Shown here piece by piece: positions 17,640 to 33,500 of a stretch of 64,000 nucleotides of DNA. The stretch lies in assembly GCF_009914755.1 (NCBI RefSeq), contig NC_060927.1; one strand, written 5' to 3'. The stretch comes from the human T2T-CHM13v2.0 reference genome, Homo sapiens. How positions within the stretch are numbered: position 1 is the first letter of the stretch; each line of letters starts with the position of its first letter. The notes under the pieces were generated by a model. That model saw nothing but the letters and a program-made list of their open reading frames with translations, did no database searches and was not told the DNA's origin. The position numbers and the translations under genes were made by a program.

Positions 17640-18425
17640 GTGAGGATAGCCCATTATCTCTATCTTGAAATTCCACCCAGAACTTCACCATTTCTCTTCA
17701 CTTCCACGGCTGACACCCTGGTCCAAGCCACCATATCTCACGTGCATTAACCTAACAGCCTCCACACCAAGTCTCCCTGATTCTGACCTTGCTGCCTTAT
17801 AATTTACTCTCTCTAACACAGTAGACAGAGTGATCCCTGATAAACTGTAAGGAAGATCACTTCAGTCCTCAACTCAAGGTCCCGCAATTATTTCACATTT
17901 CAGAGTAAAGCAAAAAGGCCTCTGGACTGCTTTCAAGAATTTCTGTGATTTGGTCACCATGATCTCTTTGACTTTATGCTCCTAACTCCCTTGACTCATT
18001 TATGCTCCAGCCCACCCACCTACTCCCTTGTCTCTGAACATGTCAGTCATACTCCTGCCTCAGGGCCTCTGCACTGGCTGTTTCCAGCACCTAGAAGTGC
18101 TTGCCCATCAACTGTCAAGTTTCTCAATAAGGCCTAATCTGATGACACCACTCAAAACAGAAATCCCTTCCCTGCCACTCCTAATCCCCCCGACTCAGCC
18201 CATAACATACACACAAAGCTTGTATGTATACCTATATATATGCAGCATATAATACCTTATTACTTATAAAACTTCCTTAATTCACTCATGGTTTCTAATT
18301 ATTTGAAATCCACCAAGGCAGAGATCTTTGTTGGGTTTTATCTACCACTGTATCCTCAGTAGCTGTATGCCTGGAGGACAGCAGATGCTCAGTGAGTATT
18401 TGGCAAATGAACAAATAAATCATTT
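17640..18425 (+). mobile_element. L2 LINE 3' fragment
   Basis: accctggtccaagccacc, cctcagggcctctgcact, tail atgctcagtgagtatttg..aatgaa. Confidence 0.8.
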
Positions 18426-18764
18426 TATCTACCACAAAAACTATCAAGGCAGGCTGACCCTCCAGTCTCCTAAGCAATCATTCTTTTCATATTTCAAGAG
18501 CTGGGCCTTTCTTACAAATCATTATCAATCCTCCTCCTCCAGGAATCTTACCTTGATAATCTGAGCTGACCATGACCTCCCCTTTCTCTGAATTTTCATA
18601 GCCCCATCATCTCATAGTATTTGGTTTCTTTGAGTCAATGTCTCATCCATCCTTTAACTTCCTTAAGTACAGGGTCTGGGTTTCTCACAGTTCCGAGTTC
18701 CCTAATAGTCCCTCTTTTCTGAAGGTACACAATTTCTTTCTTTTCTTTTCTTTTCTTTTTTTAA

Positions 18765-18869
<105 letters not shown>

Positions 18870-19486
18870 TGAATAGCTGGAATTACAGGTGCCCACCACC
18901 ACGCCCGCCTAATTTTTGTATTTTTAGTAGAGACGGGGTTTCACAATGTTGGCCAGGCTGGTCTCGAACTCCTGACATCAGGTGATCCACCTGCCTCATC
19001 CTCCCAAAGTGCTGGGATTACAGGCGTGAGCCACAGCACCCAGCCTCTGAAGGTATAAAATTTCTATACCTAGCCAAATGAACTTCAGAGAGACAGACAA
19101 CATTTAGTCCAAAAGCTATAAATGGAATCAGCTCATAGATCCATTCTCAATGGCCTCAAAGTGTCTTTTAAAAAAACATTCAAATGTAAACGGCTTATGT
19201 GGGGCCCAGGCCCTTCAATTCTCTCCAGGTAATTTAGTCTACAACACAACCCATGTCTGAAACCTGCTCTGTTGACGGCTGTGTGCTTCTGCCTAGCATC
19301 AAAAGCTACTCAGTCTACAGACACAATGAGTGGTAGACCCACTGGCAGCTCAACACCCTCCCCTGAACTGGAATGCTTTTCTCATGTCAATTCCCTGATA
19401 TACTCTGTAACTTCCATAACTGCCTTTCCTTTAATATTAATGCTTTAAAATATGAGGGAGCTGGAATAGCTACTAATTATAGCTGA

Positions 19487-19844
<358 letters not shown>

Positions 19845-22800
19845 TTAAGACTAAAAAGAACATCTGGCTTTAAGTCATTAGAGGGAAAAAAAAAGCTTTA
19901 TATTTGATTTTGAGTCTTAATTTCTGAAACCTATTGCTATTTAAACCAAACCAAACGTTCTATTTAAAAAAATGTTATCCTAAAGCTACTGCTTACTAGG
20001 TTAAGATGAGCAAGAGTGCAATCTAAAATGAACTGAGGCAGTGGGGGAGGTGGAGAGTTGGGTGCCTCTACTCCTAGCTGATCTATTCACTATCTGGAGT
20101 ATCAACTTTATTGATTCATAATAGGATGACAGAAGCTGCATATATATCTGAGTCCCTAGGTTAAAATGAAATAGCAAAAGCTCATTTCTTTATAAATTAC
20201 GAAGTACTAGATAAATACAAAGAGCTGAACAAACAGGTTTGAGATCTGGCTCTGTCATTTCTGACCCATGTGATCTGAGGTACACAACCTACCAGGTTCA
20301 AGCTCCAGTCTGGAATGTAAGAAGGGCTAACAAAGAAGTGGCTTATGCTGTCATCCAACATCACTGCTGGATTCTTGAATAAGGGGATTCAAAGCAAACA
20401 TTACTTTCTTGCTTATGGCTTCCTCACATAGTTTGCCAGGAAATAAAGTGAGTAAATCCATTTAAAGTGCTTTGGCATAGTAACTGACCCAATAAATGCT
20501 CACAAAGCCAACAATGGCTTATGAATCTTAAGAATTTTGTACATATTTGTTGATTACTGGTTTGCATAACGGGAGGCATATATTTACCAAACACTTACTA
20601 TGTATGTGCTAGACACTGTGCCAGGCATATGCCATACTTCTCTCAATTTTCACAAGAATTCTGTGTGGAAATCATCAGTAGAAAAACATTCATAGCTTTG
20701 CTTCCCACAGGGAAGGATAGGATGCTAGTGCTAGAGTGAGAAAGAGGTTATGTCTTAATTATACACAAAATGAGCGGGTGGCATTTTGAAGTTCAAATGA
20801 CACATTTTGGTTGGTAAGAGAACAGGTCTCCAAGCTGGTTGCCAACGATCCTGCTTTCTAATATTTATACATTCCCACTGAAAACTATTCACCTAACCCA
20901 GATCCAAAGTTGGTCTGTGACCAACAGGATGTGGCAGAAGGGATGTGACTCGTATGTTTACATTATAAAGAACATTATAGCTCCCATTTTGTGTGCTTTT
21001 TCATACTCTTACTTTTTTAAATCACTTACTCAGAAACCATGGCAATTTATAACTAATACAATTGGATTATTGACATTCATTCAGTAGGGGTAGGGACTGT
21101 CTCATACAAAGAATTTTCCTGCCACAAACAGCTGACACCAAATGCTGATTAAGAAAATAACAGTCCACCATGGAAGAATTCAAGCAGAGCAGCGTTGTGT
21201 ATTGGGATGGAGTCCGGAGAGTATTTTCCCAACATTTTCAGCTGTGTTGTTTTATTCAGAAAATATTTATGAAATATTGTGTGTGATCTGATTAGAAAGT
21301 AACATTTTTTAAAAGTCAAAAAGCTGGACACAGCAGCTCATGCCTGTAATCCAAACCCCTTGGGAGGAGAAGGTAGGAGGACTGCTTGAGGCAAGGAGTT
21401 TGAGACCAGCCTGGGCAACATGGCAAGATCTTGTCAATATTTAAAAAAAAAAAAAAAATTAGCTGGGCACAGTGCCTCATGCCTGTAGTCTCAGCTGCTT
21501 GGGGAGGCTGAGGAGGGAGGATCACTTGAGCCCCAGGAGTTTGTGGCTGCAGTGAGCTATGACTGCACCACTGCACTCCAGCCTGGGCAACAGAGTGAGC
21601 CCTGTCCTCCCAGAAAAAAGTCAAAAGAGAAAAAATAGTGAAGTTATATAATTTAAGTAGTTATTTAAAAAATAGACATCACACAAGGAAACTTCTGCAG
21701 GGCTGAGAGAAGAGGAGCGGTTATACACTGCCCCTTGGTGTCTGGGGGCCAGTAGACAGAAGTGGAAAGGGGATGCGAACTCTGCTATTCTTAGGGGACA
21801 GACAACAGATCCATCAGAAGGTTTAAAAAACCGGGGGACCTGCAGGTTCATTCTTTGAAGAGAAAGCAATTTAGTGCTGAGGAAAGAGCTCCTTGCCAAA
21901 CTAGATATATTCTGTAAGCGCTCAGGGTTGACTCAATATTCAAGGCTAATGGATCAGTTATGCTTTGCAAATGACAGCAAGATGTCTTACTGCCAGTGGG
22001 ATCTACCCAACCATCATTTGAATCCCGCATATGCCAACAATCCACTCCACTATATTATAGCCCCCTATTACTCCAGGCCCTCTAAGAAAATCTGTAAAAT
22101 GTCAAAAGGGAAGCTTATTAGGGAAAAATAAACACAAAGACTCATCCCCTAAAGCTCCGCCTGTAGGACGTTTTCTCTGATAACTTCTCCCTCTCCCCAT
22201 CTCCTGGGAACTCCTCCTTTCTGTTCCCATAGCAGCATCTGTACAACTGCTGTACTATACAAACATACTGTATTGTCGTTATTTGTTGACTGTTTCCCCC
22301 ATTAAACTAAGTCTCAAAGGGTGGATTATCCTTTCCACTTTCCCAACTACGGCAACAATGCTGGCACGCACTCATTTAAGTAAGGGCCTGTGATGTGCTA
22401 CTTGTGTGTTAACAAAGACATCTGATTAAGTCCCTGCCCTCAAAAAGTATATACTCTGGTACAGAAATGCGAACCCATGAACTGGTGATTACAGTGCAAT
22501 TAAGCGCTCTGTGAGGCTGCCACTGCAGTAAATGTGAAGGCCATGCCACCCACAGCTGAGGACTGCAGGAGGTAGGCAAAAAGTGGGGCAAAGGGCCTTC
22601 TTGGCCAGAGAAGCAGGATGCAAACAGGTGGCAAAGAGAGTAAGGCTGTGAAGAAGCCTGCATTTGGTCCAGCATACACAGAGGGTGACAGAGATGAAAC
22701 CCAGGTCTCATGAGCTCCCGGGGCAGGAGACAATCAATGGTGTGAGAGATGCTTACAGAGACATAAGCTCAATGACAGATGTACAGCATGGAGTGAGAAG

Positions 22801-23211
22801 CACAGTAAGTCCCTGACTAGGCTGCTTCCTAATCAGGGAACTGAGGGTGGGGTGGTATAGAGTTGGGGTAGGAGAGCTACTGAAGCAGCCTCTTCCTACT
22901 TTTGGGGCCAGCTGGTCTTAGGACAAAATGGATATGGGCTATGGTGACAGGTACTGGGCTACTCATCATGAGGAGTTCAACAGAGGACTTGCTTGGACTG
23001 GCCACTAAGAAACACTTTAAATAATGCAAGAAGATACTTAGGCAAATGTAAATCCTAAAATGATCAGTATTCTGGAATAATTTCTTTTTAAAGTTCTACC
23101 ATTTGGAGTCAGAATCTCTCATGTAGATAAAAAAGTCAAAATCGTCAGAGGTAAAAAGTCCTAACTAAATGCTCAAATTTAGCCCATGCTTAGGGAGTCA
23201 CTAATTCTTTA

Positions 23212-23572
<361 letters not shown>

Positions 23573-23959
23573 TTACTTAATCTCTTTTTCTCCAGAACTT
23601 CTCCCAAGATAACCAAATGTTTCTCTGCTTCTAAATTTCTTACTTTTTATGACTTCCACTCTCACTTTTGGCCCTTTTCATAATTCTCTTGGTCCCGTTT
23701 GGCCCATGACCTTATGTCAAAAGTTTCTGCTCCAGGGAATGCTACGTACAAGACTCAGGATGGGCCTACTTCCAGCTACCATTCAGTATAGGAGAGGGAA
23801 GAGAAGTGTGAGAAAGCCCAAGGATGGATCTGAGGGAGGATAACAGAAAACTAGGTTCCTAACTCAAGATGAGATTAAGTTCTCCTTTCTAGTATTTATT
23901 TTGAAGAAGTCAGGGAATCAAGAAAATCTCTGAACACTTATATAACTGCTGATAAGACT

Positions 23960-24900
<941 letters not shown>

Positions 24901-25109
24901 GAAAATCCCTGACTCAGATAATAGAGTTATACAGTTTCTACTTTATTGGTAACAAGTAGGTAATGAAATAACTCTAAGATCTAAGTTTTGTAGAGTGAAG
25001 AATTTAATATCATCATGTATCTTCACAGCCAACACGCACAAGAAGCTGAGATTTAGATAATTCACTTTAGAGAGTTAACAGAGTGCCTTTTATTTAACAT
25101 CACTGGCTA

Positions 25110-25403
<294 letters not shown>

Positions 25404-27143
25404 CTAAGGGTACAAGATCATTCAAGCTATTTAGGTAAACATTTGCTTAAAGAACATTAAGAAAATGCTGACAATATTCAAAGTAGAGATTATATAATTT
25501 ACAATGGTACCCTATATGTCTCCTTTGTAACGTACAATCTAAAATAACTGTCTCTGAATTTCTGGTCCTTATAGAGATAAATCAACCCTTAAAAGATTAA
25601 AGGAAATGCCTCATGTGGTAAACTACTACCTTCAAAAGGGCTATCAAGAAGGAGAGGGCAAACCAGGACCCTGATGGGCCAAAGATGAGGACAGGAGGTA
25701 CTTTGCCACCTACCACCCCATCCTGGCACTCGGTCTGTCCCCTCACTATCCTTTCCTCCCTAAAACTTTTCTAGGGGTGGGCAGGCAGGCAGGCTGCTGA
25801 GGACAGCACCTGACACTCTTATACAAAGCCTCTCCCTTCTCTTTGGTGAGCAGACCTCATGTGTGGAAACAAAGGGGAAAACAATATTTGATCTGTAATT
25901 CCAGGTCCAAGTCCATAGCTGGAAAAATAAATACAGTACTAAACAGAAAGGTACTCTGGAAGACTCACTCCTTTGCCACAAGACTGATGGTGAATGCTTC
26001 CTGCCAACTCAACAGCACAAACAGGAAGATGCCACATTACTTATATCTGCTTAAGACCCTAACTACTAGCTAGTAATCAATCCCACCCTCTATAGACGTC
26101 ATCCAAGAACTTTCCCAGCAAACTCCCAGCACCATTTTTCATTCACTTTTATTATGTCTGCTGAATTTATGTGTTTATCTTGCTTCTACACAAGGCTTTT
26201 TTTTTTTTTTTTTTTTTTAAAGAAGCAGGGTTCTTCATAAAAAAAAAAAAAAAACCTATGTTGCCCAGGCTGGCCTCCAACTCCTGGGCTCAAGTGATCC
26301 TTCTGCCTAAGCCAACTGAGTAGCTGTGACAAGCCACAGCTGTGTGTGTCACAGCACGCATCTTACCAAGGTCTTAAGAAATAGCATGGAGTGGCTATTT
26401 TACTGATCTCTTAATGATCTTAGGTTTCCCAGAGAACCTAGGAGCAACCATGCAACTTAATACAGGCTTTTGGGAACTATGCTGAGACCTAACACTTAGA
26501 CGAAAGCCTAATTTTTCATTCATTTACAGTTGAAAACAAAAACTGTAGTTTTACAAATATGGAGACCCATTTGCAAAAAGATTCAGAAATGTAGACAAGA
26601 GGTGACAATGAGGTTTTATAGCTATTAATGATCATGTCTGCCACCCTAAACTACAATGAGCTACATCAATGACACCAAAACTTTAAATAAATATTATGTA
26701 ATTTAAGGCATTATCATTGTACAATGTTATACAATTTATATTTTTGAACAAAAAAATTTATGCGCACGATATAAACTGAAAAGTTACAAAGAGGTATAAA
26801 ATAAAAAGTAAGTCTCCCCCTCACTTCTGTCAGCTATACATCAGTAACTCTTCCTTTGAAGATAATAATGTTATCAATTTCTGGTCTATTTTTATGAGAA
26901 TATGACTCCTAGAACTCAGCTGGTTTGAAAGAAAATGTTTCTGGTATTTTTTTTTTTTTTGAGATTTATGCAGGAACTTGGTGGGGGGAGCGGTAGGTGG
27001 AAAGGGGGTCCTTAAGTGTTATTCAATAAAATAATACCAAAATATTTCCTTTTAAAACTGCAGGTCATTGGTCAGCCGTGGTGGCTCACGCCTGTAATCT
27101 CAGCACTTTTGGGAGGCCTAGGTGGGCAGATCACATGAGATCA

Positions 27144-27424
<281 letters not shown>

Positions 27425-28937
27425 TTACTGAAATTTTAAGAACACAAGACATAGAAAATCCTACAAGCTTTCAGAAAGGCACCCTCCCAAAAAAACAGGT
27501 TACCCAAAAAATTGGACTGCATCAGACTTCTTAAAAGTAAAATGAGATGTTTGAAAACAATGGCAAAATGCCTTTCAACTCTGAGGGCTAATGAATTTCA
27601 AACTAGAATTTCCTATATAGCAATCTGTAACAGTGTGAATAGAGAACAGACATTCCTGAAATCAAGGACTAAAAAGCTCACTTCCTACATGTGCTACTGA
27701 GGTATGTGTTCTAGCTCAAGTAATGTAATACCAGAAAAAGATAAAGACCTTAGATTCAAAAGTCACAGACCAAACCTAAGAAAGAAACTCTGAGTTTATA
27801 GGGCAAGCGATGATTCAAAAATAAATTGAGGCTGGGCACAGAAGCTCATGCCTACGCCTATAATCCCAGCACTTTGGGAAGGCGAGTGGATTACAGAAGG
27901 CCAGGAGTTCAAAACCAGCCTGGCCAACATAGTAAAACCCTGTCTGTACTAAAAATTAAAAAAAAAAAAAAAAAAAAAGCTGGATGTGGTGGCACATGCC
28001 TGTGATCCCAGCTACTCAGGAGGCAGAGGCTGTGGTGAGCCAAGATTGCGCCACAGCACTCCAGCCTAGGCGACAGAGCAAGATGCTTTCTCAAAAAATA
28101 AAATAAATTGAGACAAATGAAACAAGACTGGTAAAAATTGATAACCAAAGCTAGATAATGTGCATGCAGAGACTATTTTACTACTTTGTCTACTTCTGTA
28201 TATGTTGGAATTTTTTTTTTTTTTTTTAAAGACAGAGTCTGGGCCGGCGCTGTGGCTCATGCCTGTAATCCCAGCACTTCAGGAAGCCGAGGTGGGTGGA
28301 TCACTTGAGGCCAGGAGTTTGATACCAGCTTGGCCAACATGGCAAAATCCCTTCTTTATTTTTCTTTATTTTATTTTTACAATTTTAAAAAAAGAAAGGA
28401 AAAAAAGAAAGACCAGCCTCCCAAGTAGCTGGGACTACAGGCACACACCACCACACCCAGTTAACTTTTGTATTTTTGGTAGAAACAGGGTTTTGCCAGG
28501 TTGCCCAGTCTAGTCTCAAACTCCTGAGCTCAAATGATCTGCCTGTCTTGGCCTCCCCAAGTGCTGGGATTACCGGCATGAGCCACCGTGCCCAGCCTAC
28601 TTCTATATATATTCTAATACTTCCATAATAAAAGTTTAAAGGTGGGTTGGGGTAGGTCAACAAATGGAGCTGGGAAAACTGAATATCCAAATACAAAAGA
28701 ATGAATTTGGACTCCTATCTCATACCACCCACAAAAATTAACTTAGTGGATCATAGATCTAAATATAAAAGTATACACTAAAAAATTCTTAGAAGAAAAA
28801 ACAAAGTATATCTAAATGATCTTAGCTTAAGCCAAAGATTTCAAGACATGTAAAAAGCACAAATGATAAAAGAGAAAATTAGGTTGGACCTCATCAAATT
28901 AAAAACATTTGTACCACCAAGAAGTCCACTGAAAAGA

Positions 28938-29540
28938 GGCCAGGCGCAGTTGCCTACCATCTGTAATCCCAGTGTTTTGGAAGGCTGAGGCAGAAGAATC
29001 GCCTGAGGCCAGGAGTTTGAGACCAGGGCAACATAATGAGACCCCGTTCTACAAAAAAATTTAAAAATTAGCCAGGCATGGTAGCACATTCCTATAGTCC
29101 CAGCTACTCAGGAGGCTGAGGAGGAAGGATCACGTGAGTCTGGGAGTTTGAGGCTGCAGTGAGCTGTGATCTTGCCACAGCATTTCCAGCCTGGGTGACA
29201 GAGCGAGGCCCCGTCCTTTTTTTTTTTGAGACAGAGTCTAGCTTTGTCGCCCAGGCTGGAGTACAGTAGCATGATCTCGGCTCACTGTAACCTCCGCCTT
29301 CTAGGTTCAAGTGACACTCCTGCTGCAGTCTCCTGAACAGCTGGGATTACAGGCGCCCGCCACCAAGCCCGGCTAATTTTTGTATTTTTAGTAGAGACGG
29401 GGTTTCACCATGTTGATCAGGCTGGTCTTAAATCCTGATCTCATGTGATCTGTCTGACTCAGCCTCCCAAAGTGATGGGATTACAGGTGTGAGCCACCGT
29501 GCCTGGTGAGACCCTGTCTTTAAAAAAAAAAAAAAAAGAA
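28938..29540. mobile_element. + AluJ with a - AluS (29217-29506) inserted at its 3' end
   Basis: host 3' end duplicated: cgaggccccgtcctt (29204-29218) / tgagaccctgtcttt (29507-29521). Confidence 0.85.
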
Positions 29541-29708
29541 AGAAAGAAAGAAAAAAAAAGGAAAAAGAAAAAAGAGACGAGTAAATGGCAGAGCTGGAAC
29601 TAAAAATTAAAATTCCAAACCCAAAGGCCCATTAGTTATTTTCCAATGCATCTTTGGAATAATTGATACTTGAGTGGATACTTTCCTGGGTAATTCTTAG
29701 AAGGGACT

Positions 29709-32700
29709 TGTGGTAGATTAAAGATAGCCACAAGTTCACTGGCCTTTATTTCATTAAGAGGCAGATCAAGACAGGCTCTCTGCCTTGCCCAATAAAAATT
29801 AGTGGTAGCCTTTTCTAAGCCCAGGCCTTACAATCCTGCAAACTTTCATGTCCTGTTTCTTGGAATGTTCTCTCTGGGAGTCTCAAGTTGCCATGTACAA
29901 AGTATGATCACCCTGCTGGAAAGACCACAAGGGGAAATTCTGAGACTACATGGAGTGGAAAAAAACCTCAGTTACCCCTGTCAAGGACTAGGATTCTAAT
30001 GAAGCCGTCTCAGACCTTCTACATAAACCTACCTATGAAGTTAATACTACTAAATGACTCAATTGATACATGTAGCAGAATTGCCCAGCTGTTTGGTGTT
30101 AAAATTTAACAAAATTATGAGATTTAATAAAATTGTTATGTTTTAAACTACTCAATTTTGCTATTGTAAAATAATTTGGTATCTGGAAATGGGGAGCTTT
30201 TGTAACAGAAACCTAAAATGTTTCTCTTTGGCTTTGGGACCACATAGTGGGTGCAAGCTGAAAGGGCTTTAAGAAAACCATCATTAGGTAATAAAGTACA
30301 GGGAGGAAAATAGTACTGAAGGTTGAAGAAATAGATCTTTATTATCTAGTAGCACAACTTTTGGAAACACCATCATCTCTAGTCATGAGGAAATAGAAAG
30401 GGTAATTAATAAACTTGTGGATATGGCTGGGGCATTTCCAGGCCATGGAAAAATTCTTTTTCTATTTTATTGTGAGCAGCTAGAAGAGCATTGAAGTAAA
30501 GAAGCAACTATTAGGTTTTCAGGCAGAATTTAGAGGAAATATGAAAAAGTGGGATTTGAATAAAACATTATTTCTCATCTCTGGTTCCTTCCAGCAAGAG
30601 TCTGAAGCTAAGAAATGGCTTTGGGAGAAAGATCCAATCCAGAGCACTACCAGCAAAGGATGACCTCAGGGTAAAGAGCTCGAGGTGCGGCTATAAAGCT
30701 TTTTGAATGGTATTTATAGTAGGACTTCTAAGAGTCTTGAGTATATGCCTTAGAGCTTTCTACTAGACATGAGGGCCTCTAAGCATCTTTTAGATGTTTT
30801 TTTGAGACAGGATCTCACTGTCATTCAGGATGAAGTGCACCAGTGAGATCACAGCTCACGGTAACCTCAAACTCCTCAGCTCAAGAGATCCTCCTGCCTC
30901 AGCCTCCCGAGTAGATAGGATTATAGGCATTACACCACCACGCCTGGCCAACTTTAAAAACTTTTTGTAGAGACATGATCTCTCTCTGTTGCCCAGGTTG
31001 GTCTCTAACTCCTGGCCTCAAGCAATCCTCCTGCCTCAGCTTCCCAAAGTGCTGGGATTACGGTGTGAGCCACTGTGCTGGGTCTAAACATCTTTATAGC
31101 ATGTCTCCTATATATATATATATTTTTTCTTTCATTGAGCTTCTTAGGTCTGTAAGTTAAAGTTTTCATCAAATTCGGAAAGTTTCCACACAGCCAATAT
31201 TTATTTTTATTCTGCCTACAACACTCTTTCCTTTCTGAAGCCCCATGTTTGGACACTTACTTGTCCCACAATTTCCTAACCAAGCTCTTTATGACCTTTC
31301 AGGAATAACTGCCTTTGCTTTTGTTTTCTGCTTAGTTCATATCACTGTGCTGAAAGATTTGTTTCTAACCACTGTCCCTAGTTTTAAACTAGTTTTCTGT
31401 GTCACCTCTACAAGTTCACCTCTCAGCTTCTTTGCATCATCATTACTGAAGCTACAAATCTAAGATCCTTCCAACTAGACAAAAAGGGATCCAAAAATTA
31501 AGGGCTTTGTTCTCATAACATCTTAACTAAGACTAGGCAAAAATTGGGGGCTTTGTTCTCATAACATCTTAACTAAGACTAGGGCAAAAAGGGAACTATG
31601 TAGGCAAGAAAACATAGGTGTGGCTTTTGTCTAACGGGAATTACTTTTTTTCTTGAGACAGAGTTTCACTCTGTCCCCAGGCTGGAATGCAGTGGCATGA
31701 TCTCAGCTCACTGAAATCCCAGGTTCAAGTGATTCTCGTACCTCAGCCTCCCAAGTAACTGGGCCTACAGGCACGTGCCACTATGACTGGCTTAATTTTT
31801 GTATTTTTAGTAGACATGGGGTTTCACCGTGTTGGCCAGGCTGGTCTTGAACTCCTGACCTCCCTCAAATGATCCGCCCACCTCGGCCTCCCAAAGTGGG
31901 GATTACATTTTAAACACAGAAATCCCACAAAGTTCTCAAAAAATTACAACACCTTGAACTGAAGTAGAAAGAACATAAACTGGGCCTACAACAAGTAGAA
32001 TGCAGGCCAAGACAGCCAATCACTGCAAAACTCTGCTAATTTTTTAATGGAAAAGGAAAAAGACTCAGAAGAAAAAACTGAAAGCCCAGAGGGCCAAGTC
32101 AAACTGTGGAGAACAATTCTGCGAGTAGGACTGGGCCCTGATGAAGGAACTGGAAATGTGTGCCTGGCTAGATTTCAAATTTGCCATCAACGATGACTGC
32201 TCTGTGTCTCCAATTCAAACCCTCCTTGAACAGAGTGCAGTTAACCTTGATGTGTCTCACCCCTACTATACTAGTCCAGAAAATCTTCAAATTATAGTAT
32301 CAGCATTCAAGAAGTTGTAAATAGGAACCACTCCTAAAGAGCCTCATCTGTATGTGGACCTGATTTACATAAGATCCGAGACCTCCAACCTCAGCTTGAT
32401 ATCATAATGAGATAAAGCCATGAGAGATCTATTTTTCAGTGGGGGAAAGGTATACAATTTATGACAAGAGAGTAGACTGTGGAGGGTTAAGGTGGCACAT
32501 CTTCTACCTTGAGCTGTGCTCTGTGTCCCCTTACCTTGAATTTGGACAGAACATTTGACCAGTAGAGTAGGGCAGAAATTATGCTGTGTCAGTTTGGGGT
32601 TCCAAGTCATAAGACACTGGCAGATCCTCCTCCTTGCTACTTGTGACATTCTTCTCTCAAAGTTCTAAGCTTTGTAAAAAGTCCAACTACTCCTGAGACT

Positions 32701-32981
32701 ACCTTATACCAGCTTCTTAGAAAGGATGTATAGAGAATGATGGTAGCCATCTCAGCCGAGGCATAGGCATATAAATGAAGTTGTCTCTGGCCCTCTATAA
32801 TAGCCCAGCGATGAGGTAGTACTGAGTGACTCTAGTCAATGCGACATGGAGCACATTTTACCAGCTAAACCTGCCCAAGTTCCTCACTGCAATATCATGA
32901 CAGATAATAAAATGACTGAGGTTTTAAACGACTAACTTCAAGGGTAGTTACATCGTTACATAGCAATAAATAACTGTAACA
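29709..32981 (+). mobile_element. MLT1 (ERVL-MaLR) provirus: 5' LTR ~29709-30170, degenerate internal region, 3' LTR ~32478-32981; contains two - Alus (30797-31085, 31645-31906)
   Basis: LTRs begin tgtgg; 3' LTR ends tagcaataaataactgtaaca; MLT1-int start aatttggtatctggaaatgggg; flanks ggact/ggaat (4 of 5 match, TSD-like). Confidence 0.75.
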
Positions 32982-33149
32982 GGAATATTGCTGATGCTCA
33001 GATTACAGATTCTTGAAAGGTCTGGCAACAGTGGTGACCAGGGTGTTCCAAGCAGAAGCTACAGGGAGAGGCCCAACCTTTCACATATTGGCTTTATAGA
33101 GCCTGAGAAGAATGATGAGGTCTGGGATGGTGCCACAGAAGATATACGG

Positions 33150-33500
33150 CAGCAGTCCCCAGCCTTTTTGGCAGCAGGCACCAGTTTCACGGAAGAGGAT
33201 GAAAGACAATTTTTTCCACGGGGCCTGGGGCAGGGTGGGGGTGGGGGGTGGGGGGTGGTTTCAGGATGAAACTGTTACACTTCAGATCATCAGACATTAG
33301 ATTCTCAAATGAAGCACACAACCTAGATCCCTCGCATGCACAGTTCACAAAAGGGTTTGCACTCCTATGAGAATCTAATTCCACCACTGATCTGAAAGGA
33401 GGCAAAACTCAGGCAGTAATGCTTGCTATCACTTGCCCTGTCACTCACCTACTGTTGTGTGGCCTAGCTCCTAACAGGCCAGTGGGGTTGGGGACCCCTG
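33150..33500 (+). mobile_element. MER1B hAT-Charlie MITE
   Basis: TIRs cagcagtcccc / ggggacccctg; 8-bp TSD atatacgg / atatatgg. Confidence 0.9.
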
